Below the pieces are notes generated by a model that worked only from the letters and a program-made list of their open reading frames with translations, ran no database searches and had not been told where the DNA came from. A DNA stretch of 64,000 bases from Squalus acanthias (Eukaryota), in NCBI GenBank assembly GCA_030390025.1, contig CM059425.1, positions 163,434,001 to 163,498,000 on the forward strand. Direction: 5' to 3'. The position numbers were made by a program, and so were the translations under genes. Position 1 is the stretch's first letter, and the number at the start of each line of letters is the position of its first letter. Positions 50,652 through 61,709 of this stretch are shown piece by piece.

Positions 50652-51764
50652 TCAGGGGAACCGGATTCTGAATTCAGTTCCCCTGAATGAAACTCCAGAT
50701 CCTCGTCTGGAACGAGGATCTGCTGCCTCCCTTCCTCCTCCTCCTCCTCCTCCTGAAGTGGTCGCGGAACCCATGGTGGCAAGGGCTGCACCCTCATGAT
50801 GACCAAGTTGTGGAGGATGCAGTAGACCACCACGAAATGGGACACCTGCTCCGACATGTACTGGAGGGCTCCTCCTGAGCAGTCAAGGTAGCGGAACCAT
50901 TGCTTTAGCACCCCGATGGTCTGCTCAATGAGGTTCCTCGTGACATCATGGCTGTCATTATATGATTGCTGGCCACGAGTGGTGGGGTTGCGGAGGGAAG
51001 TCATCAGCCAGGTGCAGAGCGGATAGCCCTTGTCTCCGAGCAGCCACCCTCGGGTTCGATGTGGTGGCTGGAATATTGATGGCGCAGCGGACTGGTGCAG
51101 GATGAAGGCACCATGACTGCTGCCAGGATACCCGGCATTCAACATGATGATGTGCTGGGCATGGTCACACACCAGCTGCACATTAAGTGAGTGGTAGCCT
51201 TTGCGGTTGCGGTACATATCATGATTAATATGCTGCGCCCGCAAAGTCATGTGTGCAGTCGATGGTGCCCTGCATCATGGGGAAGCCTAATATCCTGGCG
51301 CGCTCCTCCTGCTTCTCTCTGTTCAGAGAGAAGACAACAAAGTCCCTTCTGAAGTACAGGGCCTCTGTGTCCTCTTCGATCTAGCGATGGATGGTGAACT
51401 GGGAGATGTTAGCTATATCTCCTGCTCCAGACTGGAAGGATCTGCTGGTGAAAACATTGAGGGCCACGATGACCTTGAAGGCCACTGGGAGAGCCATGCT
51501 CTGAGGCTGCAGGTCTGGTTCCAGGAGGTGGCAGAGTTCTGAGACCACATCCTTGGTGAAGTGGAGCCTCCAAATAAACTGCTACTGGCTTAGCTGCAGG
51601 TAGAAATGCTCTCGAAAGACCCTAGGTGGGTAAGGCCTCCTGCTGAGAGCCCTCCTGCCCCTCCTCCTCCTCCCTCTGCAAGCAGCTTGTCCTCTTCTTT
51701 GCTGCCCCTGCTCCATGTATGTGTCATACTCGAGTGCGAGAGGGACTGCAAGTAGAGCCCCCAT
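50652..51764 (-). pseudogene. HARBI1-like DDE transposase, decayed
   Basis: ORF 50648-51250: YRNRKGYHSLNVQLVCD, YPGSSH, WLLGDKGYP, YNDSH..TRNLIEQTIGVLKQWFR, CILHN. Confidence 0.92.
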
Positions 51765-52534
51765 GACTGGGAGCAAGTGGTCTGAACAGAACCCTTGAAT
51801 TCAGAAGCAAGGCCTTCTCCACTTGCAGCACCACTCCCTGTCACCTCACCAACTTTAAACAACTGTAGAAAGCTTCAAACAGTTGCACAAACTTACACAG
51901 AGCCAGTAGAAATCAAAAAGCAAGTCACCAGCAAGTTGTTGATGATCCATTTAAATAGCACTAGTGCGGGTCCCTCATGTCGCTGAACGCATGTTTTGCT
52001 GTTCGTGCTTTGGAGAGGGCGTGCAGTCGAGCGGCGATGTCCAAAATAGCAGGTTGTGCGTCAGATCAGCATTGCACGCTGATTGACGTCACGATCTGAA
52101 TGATTAGCATTTTTCTAGTGAACGCAGGCTGTCCAAAATGGCAGCCACCGTGGGACGCGCCAGAAGTGGGTGGAAGCGAGGCGGCCGACATTTTTTGGCC
52201 GAAACTGGCCTTAATAGTTGGCGCTCAGGTGCCAAATTTCACAGCCCGAGTGTCTTGACATTCTGGGAAAAGTGAATTCGAGCATCAGTTAGTGCGATGA
52301 GACTTTCTCCAGTGAGTCCAAAAGTAAACATTGTAGCAAGTTATAGGTAAAGAAAGAGAGAACTTGCATTTGTGTTGTGCCTCTTGTATCCTTGTGACAT
52401 CCCAAAGTGCTTTACGACCAATGGATTACTTTTACAGCGCAGTCAGTCATTGTTGTTATGTAGGCAAATATGGCAGCTAATTTGCATGCGACAAAGTCCC
52501 ATACAGAGCATATGAATGATTAGCCAGACAATCT

Positions 52535-53153
52535 GTCCTAGAGTTTCCGATCGATTGCGCTGGTTTATTTTGGCACAATTTGGCCGAAATCGGTGTAACT
52601 GGCGCAAAAGAACACGGAATTTTAAGCACAATTTGCGTTCAGCGCAGCTCAAGTTTCCGGGTTCTTTTGCACTAGTTTTAAAAACATTATGCTGAAAGCT
52701 GGCCCCGCCCACAAGATTGGCCATGACCCCCAGGGCGAATTAATCACAATTGGGAGTTTCCGCTAATTGATCTTATTTGCAGGCCTTCAGGGAGGCTTTA
52801 ATAATTAATCTTTTTGGGGGCAAGGACACTAATTGGTATGTTTTAAAGCTCTAAATGTGATCTTTGTTTTAATTTACTAAGAAACTGACTAATGTACCCC
52901 AATATAACTAGAAAATAGTTTAATATTAATTTTTTTAAGTTACCACTTTTAAATATATGAAGGAAATTTTTTACGGCAGTTTAAAAAAAAAGTTTACGTT
53001 TTAAATCGCTGCCAGATTGCGTTGGTTCATGGCAGATTTTGCGTTTGGCGATATGTAAATGAGTCTGCGGAAACTCGGCGGGGGGGGGGGGGGAAACACT
53101 TTTCAAAACGGGCACAAGTGTGTTGTGAAATTTGACGATCGGAATTTCTACCC
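52535..53153. mobile_element. Harbinger-type MITE
   Basis: TAGAGTTTCCGATCG ... CGATCGGAATTTCTA inverted termini; GC arms and AT core like 42737-43480. Confidence 0.7.
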
Positions 53154-53654
53154 TACATGTTAAAGACCACATAGATTCTTTAAAGGATAAATTAGGTAGA
53201 AAAACTTTAAAAGATAAAGAAATGGCAGAAAAGGAAAAAAACCTTAAATAATGGAGAAAATACTGGAAATACACATGAGACTGTTAGCATCAGAAAAGGG
53301 AAAGGACAGATTAACACGTCAGGTATGGACCCATCAGCAGAACTGAGTTCTGATGAGGGATCGCTACCCAAATCTTTCACCTGTCATTTCGACTGTCACT
53401 TTTGCTGTTTAATACCATTTCTCCTCTTAATTAAATGATTACCTCGTAATCCATTCTCACCCAACACATGTCCTGTGTGTATTTATTTACTCTGGGGTTG
53501 AAATTAGTGATGAATGCATTAATTGATGCATTCGGATGAAACTCCTTTGTCTGCTACGTTAATGAAGGTGTTAACCTGTTTATTTAACACATTTGTTAAT
53601 ATTCCACAGTGCAATTTCATTCCCTTAGTTTGTTAATATTAAACCTAAATCCAT

Positions 53655-53910
53655 GCCTTTATCACCTCGGGACTTAACTTCTCCGACTATCTTCTTGCCG
53701 CCCTCCCCACTTTAAACCTCCACAAACGAACTCATCCAGGATAGTGTAGTCTGCATCCTCACCTGCACAAAGGCCTGTGCTCCCACTGCACCTGCTCCAG
53801 CCAAGCTTCACTGCCTCTCTGTGTCCCAGCAAATCGATTTTACTATTCTTATCCTTGTCTTCAAATCCCTCCATGGCCTCATCCCGCCCTGGCTCAGCGA
53901 TCTCCACCTG
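53655..53910 (+). mobile_element. Highly decayed L2 fragment
   Basis: QIDFTILILVFKSLHGL.P..LSDL motif in ORF 53821. Confidence 0.6.
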
Positions 53911-54036
53911 CATTCCTTGCGTGCTCCTCTGTCTTGTCACCTATCTCACTCTCTGGTTTTAGAAGCCTCGCAAAGACCCTTCTCTTCAACTGTACCCGTC
54001 TTGCCCTCTCTCCCTCTTGCTAAGTTTATTACTTTT

Positions 54037-54195
54037 AAGAACATAAGAACATAAGAATTAGGAGCAGGAGTAGGTCATACGACCCCTCGAGCCTGCTCCG
54101 CCATTCAGTAAGATCATGGCTAATCTTCGACCTCAAATCCACTTTCCTGCACTATGCCCATATCCCTTGATTCGTCTGGAGTCCAAAAATCGATC
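54037..54195 (-). mobile_element. Very short CR1 3'-end insertion
   Basis: (aagaacat)n tail then ggagcaggagtagg...cctcgagcctgctccgccattc, as at 15147 and 38095. Confidence 0.85.
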
Positions 54196-55122
54196 TAATT
54201 TGAATCCCCTGCTCTGTAAAGCATGCTGAGATGTCTCTTTCTACACAAGGAATATTGTAGAAGTGCAAGCTGTTGGAACACTTTGGATGTCGCTACATGT
54301 TGAAAACTGTTCTACGACCTCTGGTAGTTGGAAGCTTCATCATTGAAGATGATTAAGAATTATACTTACAAAAATAAAATACGCAGTTAGTATAAAGCCT
54401 TTTCATAACAGGATACATACAAAAACTAGTGAACAGGAAAATAACTGACTATTTCCAAGAGGTTATTTCAGTCTCCTTTCCCCAGCCAAGGTTAAAGCCA
54501 GGTGCAGATGGTGAAAGTCAGAGGCTTAAGAAGTGTTGTCAGTCATTTGCACAAGGTCAATAGATTACCATTTTAAATATAGATAATAAGCTTCTTTGTG
54601 GTATACCTGACGTGATGTGATTTGCAGAAATAATAAGCTGTTGTTGCGCAACAATTAGACAGAGCTCATCAAAATGTTTCAGTGCTAAATTCCCTCTTAG
54701 CAAATTGGAAAAAATTAGAGGCACCAAACATTTATTTACAGTTTATGATATATACCAGGCAATATACTTCCATAAAAAACTATTTAGCACCTTAGTATGT
54801 GTCACATGATGCCAAGTACCTTGAGCTCTTAGCTATCATCCTTATTAGCCTTTCACCTACTTCGTTCTTGCACTGAGCATGTTTGCAGCTTAATAGCAAA
54901 ACAGTGTAAAAACTCTCTTATTTTCCTCTCATCATTAATTTTAGCAAAAGACACGTTTTTAAAGTAGTGCCTTAACAGTAGAAAATGCTACTGAACTATG
55001 TGACCATGTTCAGTACTGCTCTGAGTGTTCCTAAACCGCCCAAAAATGAATTAACCAATATTAGCAGAAAATGCATGTTTAGGCCTTGATAAGGTGAGAA
55101 ATTTATGCAACATTCCACACTC

Positions 55123-55220
55123 GGGGGGAAAATTTGGTAGGTTAGCGCCTCCCGTTAGCGCTAATTCTCAAACTTTTCTAAAGATACCACCCATTCCTGG
55201 GCTATAATGAATTTCTAGCC
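55123..55220. mobile_element. 98-bp minimal Harbinger-type MITE, TSD CTC
   Basis: ctc|GGGGGGAAAATTT ... AATTTCTAGCC|ctc; contains gcgcctcccgttagcgc, also seen at ~48790. Confidence 0.7.
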
Positions 55221-55459
55221 CTCAGTATTTCACTCCTTTTTAGACTTGGATTTAGTGAGCTGAATGAATGGGAAGATTACAATAATCAGCACAGAAATAA
55301 CATAATTGGATAATATACAGCAATTCATTAGCAGATATCATGGGTGTAACAGCCTGACACATTTTTGGTTTTTACACTAGGTAGTTTCTCAAGTTCAGCA
55401 TCACTGGCCACTCCCGTAAGTGAACCTTGAATCCCTAAGATCTGGAGTGCCTTACTTTA

Positions 55460-55900
55460 GGAAGAACATGAAGAGAGTACTGAAGAGATTTACTGAGATG
55501 ATGTCAGGGATGAGGGGACTTGGTTATGAGGAAATATTAGAGAACCTCAGGCTCTTTTCATTAAAATGAAGAAGACAAAATATAGAGATCTTCAAAATTA
55601 TGAGGAGTTTTGATGAGGTATATCCAGAAAAACTATTTCCACGAGTTGGTAACTCAGTAATTAGAGGGCATAAATTCAAGCTCGTCACCAAAACAATGAA
55701 GGGGAATTTTACTTATATTGAATGCCCTACCAGAAACAGTGGTAGAAGCAGAATCCATAATGGCTTTTATTAACTAAGCGGATAAATATTTAAAAAAAGA
55801 AAAAAGTAAAAGGCTATGGGAAATAAATGGGGAATGGCACTAAATAGATAAATCCTTCATCGAACTGGCACAATGGGCCGAATAGCATTCTTCTGTGCTC
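55460..55900 (+). mobile_element. Old CR1 3' end
   Basis: Decayed ORF2 C-terminus (tatgaggaa..ttagag, agagggcataaattcaag) and 3'UTR ending gggccgaatagc.ttcttctgtgct. Confidence 0.7.
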
Positions 55901-57130
55901 TGCTGAGTGGTGATGACTGACTGTACTGAATGGTGCTGACTGACTGTACTGAACGGTGCTGACTGTACTGTGTGGTACTGACTGTACTGAGGGGTGCTGA
56001 CTGTACTGAGTGGTGCTGACTGACTGTACTGAATGGTGCTGACTGACTGTACTGAACGGTGCTGACTGTACTGTGTGGTACTGACTGTACTGAGGGGTGC
56101 TGACTGTACTGAGTGGTGCTGACTGACTGCACTGAATGGTGCTGACTGTACTGTGTGGTGCTGACTGACTGTACTGAGTGGTGCTGACTGACTGCACTGA
56201 ATGGTGCTGACTGTACTGTGTGGTACTGACTGACTGTACTGAATGGTGCTGACTGTACTGAGTGGTGCTGACTGACTGTACTGAGTGGTGCTGACTGACT
56301 GCACTGAATGGTGCTGACTGTACTGTGTGGTACTGACTGACTGTACTGAATGGTGCTGACTGTACTGAGTGGTGCTGACTGACTGTACTGAACGGTGCTG
56401 ACTGTACTGAGTGGTGCTGACTGACTGTACTGAATGGTGCTGACTGTACTGTGTGGTACTGACTGTACTGAATGGTGCTGACTGACTGTACTGAATGGTG
56501 CTGACTGACTGTACTGAGGGGTGCTGACTGTACTGAGTGGTGCTGACTGACTACTGAATGGTGCTGACTGTACTGTGTGGTGCTGACTGACTACTGAATG
56601 GTGCTGACTGACTGTACTGAGCGGTGCTGACTGACTGTACTGAGGGGTGCTGACTGACTGTACTGAGGGGTGCTGACTGACTGTACTGAGGGGTGCTGAC
56701 TGACTGTACTGAGGGGTGCTGACTGACTGTACTGAGGGGTGCTGACCGACTGTACTGAGGGGTGCTGACCGACTGTACTGAGGGGTGCTGACTGTACTGA
56801 GGGGTGCTGACTGACTGTACTGAGGGGTGCTGACTGACTGTACTGAGGGGTACTGACTGACTGTACTGAGGGGTGCTGACTGACTGTACTGAGGGGTGCT
56901 GACTGACTGTACTGAGCAGAGCTGACCGACTGTACTGAGCGGTGCTGACTGACTGTACTGAGGGGTGCTGACTGACTGTACTGAGGGGTGCTGACTGACT
57001 GTACTGAGGGGTGCTGACTGACTGTACTGAGCAGAGCTGACCGACTGTACTGAGGGGTGCTGACCGACTGTACTGAGGGGTGCTGACCGACTGTACTGAG
57101 GGGTGCTGACCGACTACTGAGTGTTGCTGA
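55901..57130. repeat. Minisatellite, 19/23-bp unit CTGTACTGA(GG/AT/GT)GGTGCTGA(CTGA)
   Basis: Directly visible tandem array of ~1.2 kb. Confidence 0.98.
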
Positions 57131-59498
57131 AGTGTGAAACTTAGCAAATTGAAAGCTCTTCTGATTTGACTTCAGAGTGAATCTGTTCTCGTTGCTCTGT
57201 GAAAGCAGAAAATGGTATATTCTGAGTAAACCAGCACTTGTTTGTCATTACGTGCAGTATTATGTGCTTGTGTATAATCAATATGTGCTGGCATTTTGGT
57301 TTATTGTATCTTGCAAATCATAGAGTATATTGTGCACACCACAAGTTCTGCATTATCTTCAAATTCAGAAGGCCCCGCTCTTTCCAAACTTTCTCTCTCG
57401 AACAACTCAACAGTGTTTTCTTTATGAGAGTGAGCTGATTCAGGGGCTCCAGCACTTGTTGCACATTGTGACTTCCATTTATATTCAGGTTTAGCCTTTA
57501 AAGAAAACAGCAGTGGGGAATTGAGGGAGGTTGATTTGGCCCATGGAAATTCCTTCCTGCAATACATTCTTTTTTTCCATCATGGCATTAATAATGTAAT
57601 GCACATAACTACTATTTTCTCTTTTACTACCATTCTTGATTCATCCAGACTAACAATGCTGCATGTGAATTTACTCATTTTCACATCTATCTTTAACAAC
57701 TATTACTTTATTTTATTTCCACATAAATCCTGATAATTCATAGTAATATTGTTACCTTATATTTATGCTCCGTTGCATTGTTGGGGCTACTCTCTGCCAT
57801 TAAAGTTCTACTCAATTCACTCCCATTACAGTGGCTACAAGTATGTCCAGGGCCTGGTCTGTAAATCAGACTGTTCTCCACTGTCATTGAGCCATTTTGC
57901 ACAAATAATGTACATTCCACAGCTAGATTATCTAACTTTTTAATCTTTATTCCAGTTAATTGGCTCATTAACTGTTCAAAAGGTGTGTTTCTAAATTACT
58001 TATTTCTGTGAATTTATTAGTAGGTAATAAATGATGATTATAGAGGCAATTTACAGGGGCAATATCGTGATGCTGTGCTGGCAGTGTGGAGCCTTGCTAA
58101 TGGTGATTGTTGGTTATAACCCTACCTCTGACCCATGCTTGCATCTGGCGAGGCTCATGCATTCAGCATTCTCTGTCTATGAAGCCTGGCACCTAATTTT
58201 ATTAGTGGGCGATTTTCTGGATCTGAAAAGGTCAACCTGCATTTCGCTGAGTCTGTTGAAAAGCACAGTCAGTTCATGGTTCAAAAAACAGGGTTTGCAA
58301 AGAGTTTGCACAGCCATTGCTTGAGCATTCTGACTGCACAGCTGTACTTACAGTCTGTTTGGAAGAAATTCTGATTAAACAGCTTGTTAGCTGCTTGAGA
58401 AGTTTCAAACTTAACGTCAATGGAGCTTATGCACTGATTGTTCAGTTTCTGCAGGGCAAGATTATTGAATTCAATGAGGCACAAATTTGACTGGAGGAAA
58501 CCCAAATGCACCTGCCACTTTGATTGGCAGGTCCAACTTACAGCTAGAAATGGATGAACTTCAGTTTTTTTTTCAAATAAAAATATACCGCTTGAACTAT
58601 TAAACTGCTGTATAACACATTCCAACCTATGTTATAGCCAATCAGTTCTAAGTATTGTATTAGTAGATCTCCTGTGGAGTTGCTCACGGTGAGTCAGCGT
58701 TTACCCTGAAGTGTGACAGCTAAGGTTTGATCAGAAGTAAGTGTCGGGCTTACAGAAAGTGCAGGCAATATCCAGGATTTTTAATATATTATAGATTTGC
58801 TATAATTGCAATAACTATATAGATAAAAGATTTTTTTAAATCCTTAAAGATGCAGTGTAGTATTTTGTTATTTATATTATAAAATAATTTATCAATACAA
58901 ACCAATTTGGTAGCTTCAAAGACTATTATGTAGGTAGATTGATGGTAAATGTGAATGAAAGACTGACTGACTGGAAGTGGCCACACATACAGAACCAAAC
59001 TGCATTTAGCTCAATTGAGTCAGACTGGATGGATTGTTGACCTTTGGCCTTAAACATCTCAAAGGAGCATTTGATTTTTTCCACTGTGATTTCAGTCAAT
59101 GGAAAATTTTAGTCAACCATCATCTTGCAGTGGCCGTTTTGATTGGATTACTGAGTCTAGTTTGCTGTCACAGATCTGTTGTTTTTATTCTTATTTGTAC
59201 GCTAAAGATATTTATTAACTAGTTATAGACAAGATACTTGGAAAAACTAAACTGCTGACTTGAAGTTGGTACAAATGGTAAAAAAACACATAAATGTGAT
59301 GCTGTCTTGCCATAATTTTATAGCTCAAATTTGTTAAATGGGCAATTGGGGCTCAAAACATGGCCTAAGACAGTACTAGTATTACTGTACCAACGTCAAC
59401 AATATAACTGCAAATCGAGAAATATTTATCTACTTCCACTATATAATAATCCTGCTATGAAAATGTGGTGGCGTAACCCCAGTGGGAGTTCAGCGATA

Positions 59499-60331
59499 GG
59501 GCTATAAATTCGGCCAGGACCAGGTCCTAGCTTTCCCCATCAGTTTCCACGGGGCCTTGTAAGGGGCAGAGCCTTCTCTACCCCAAACAATGCCAGTGGT
59601 GTAAGAAGGGGCACGGCCAAGGGTGGGGACTCCCATGGCAGGAGTTCCTGCACCCGGCCCAGCAGAGCACCAGTGGGCTGGTAGGACGAGTGGAAGCAGG
59701 CTTCCCTGTCTCACTGAATGCCGGTAGTGGGGCCCACCTGCAGGTTGCAGGCTTGGGTCATGCCCTGGACCTCAGAAGCAGAAAAAAAAATCAGGTTCAG
59801 TTCAGCTCATTTACAAAGGGAGCTGAAGTGGCTCTTGTGTTTTCTTCCTGGGGAGGCCTGGTCACTCCCCTGGACACGGCATCGCCTGTCGCATTTTGTG
59901 GAATCCTGGGGAACGCGAGCACCTGAGTTACACCCAAAGTAATGCAGGTGTCCCCCCTCCCCATCCCCCTCACTTTATTGATTGCTCCTCATGGCTCTTC
60001 AAAAATACTGCGGCCCACTGCTGGCCGCTGGGTGGGATCCTCCCTTGATTTATCTCTTTTATTTCCTTCTCTCTTCCCCCCCACCCCCCCCCCCCCCCAC
60101 ACACACACACACACATTTACTGTTGACCTCCAGCTCGGCTCGCTCAGGGAGCCACTGGATTTTCAGCCCCCTAGTTTGCCAAGTTTCCCACTGGCATTCA
60201 TTGAGTGCTGGGTAGCTCACCAATTGTATTCTAATAAAGCCTAAACCTTTATCCCCCTGAATCTATCGGTGGGCACAGAGGACACGCCACTGAGTTTGCA
60301 CCCATTTTGGGCAAAAGTTGAAAATCGCCTC
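59499..60331. mobile_element. Old GC-rich MITE-like remnant
   Basis: Begins GGGCTATAAATTCGG, ends near GAAAATCGCCTC; boundaries uncertain. Confidence 0.4.
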
Positions 60332-61709
60332 AGATTTGTAGACAAACCATACTTGCCAACTCTGATTAGTAACCTTGCCTTAACTAGAATGGGTTTGACT
60401 CAGTAACAATGCAGTGTATCTATCACCATTGGTTAAGTTAGTTCACTTTAGGTCAAGAGGCTATTTTGCCTACAGAACACCAGTGACTACATTTCAAAAG
60501 TAATTGGCTGTGAAGTGCTTTGGGAGATCCAGAGATGTGAAAGGCACTCTATAAATGCAACATCTTTATTTCTTTTCTTTATTTGAAGTCAAACTATAAT
60601 TTTAGCAAGCTATGCGCTATTACAGTGAGTCACAACCCAAATGCAGAATACAACAGGTACAATTTAGTATGTCTAGATGATCATTTGGTATTTTGTCACA
60701 GGAAATGCATCAGTGACTCATAAGCTAAAAAAAGTGATAATAACAGGGATCCATCATAATCAGGCAGCCACTCTCACAGGAAGGAGTTTTCTTCAAATGT
60801 ACAATCTGAGATCCAAGCATATTTCTATAATGAACTGATATCAGAGGAAATGTTCGCTTTTCATTGAACTAACCAGTAGACTGGTTCATGCATTTATTTT
60901 CTACAAAATTACACAGAATACCAACTTTTTAATGTAGTATTTTTAATGTGAATTGGAAAATGTCTTTTCTGAGAATTAACAGAGCCTTTGGGCCGAAATT
61001 CTAGGATTACTGCTCCGTTGGCACAAGTGCACTGGAGTGGAACTCATGTCTGCCCATGAACCTCAATGAAGACCCTGTCCCAAATTATGGGGATGGGGTC
61101 AATTAAATTATTGAGGCAGGCAGACCATGCCTGTAAGGGTGCACAAGGCCGATCGGACAGCACTGGAAAATTGGAGCAACGCTTAAGGCCCTCAACAGAG
61201 CTCATGCCAACACTCAACTGGCCAGTTTAGTTGAGCCTTGTAAGGGCATACTGGGTATAATTCCTGGGGTAGCCTAGGCTAGATGGACCAGCTGGTCTTT
61301 TCCTGTCTGATGTTTTTGTATATTTGTATGTAACTCCCCTAGATACACTTCTTTGACATAGGAGGGTGGGCTGAATAATCTCTTATTCCCACCTGACCAA
61401 AATTTCTTGTGCAAATTCAAAGAGGCAGAATCATGGCAGAGCTAGGTTCTACTCCAAATTCTGATCCTTCAGAAGGTAACAGATCCACTCTCCACCTTCA
61501 ATTCTGAATTTCCATTGTACTTTGTAGTACAAGACATAAATTATCTGTAAAAGTTATTGTGGATGGTACTGTATAGAGGCGGCATAGAAATTTTGGGTTA
61601 TTTACTGATAAATCTGTAATACTGATATCATATTCTTCAATCTGCTTTTTAGAATGTATTACACTGACAGTTTTCCTAAATCTAACTTGGGAATTCAGAT
61701 AAACATTAT

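Larger units (their letters stand above)
47994..52247. mobile_element. Decayed autonomous-type PIF/Harbinger transposon #2 with both termini
   Basis: GGGGGTGAAATTGG ... CCAAATTTCACAGCCC; Myb/SANT gene on +, transposase on -. Confidence 0.9.

Noticed and set aside
28905..51764. Domesticated HARBI1/NAIF1 host genes
   Set aside because: Both gene pairs have stops or frameshifts and sit within transposon termini, so they are decayed TE copies.
55814..57147. S/Q/T/V-rich repetitive ORFs on the minus strand; CRISPR-like appearance
   Set aside because: Translations of a minisatellite; no unique spacers, no cas genes, eukaryotic context.
57301..57567. 88-aa minus-strand ORF
   Set aside because: No recognisable homology or convincing splice context; length compatible with chance.
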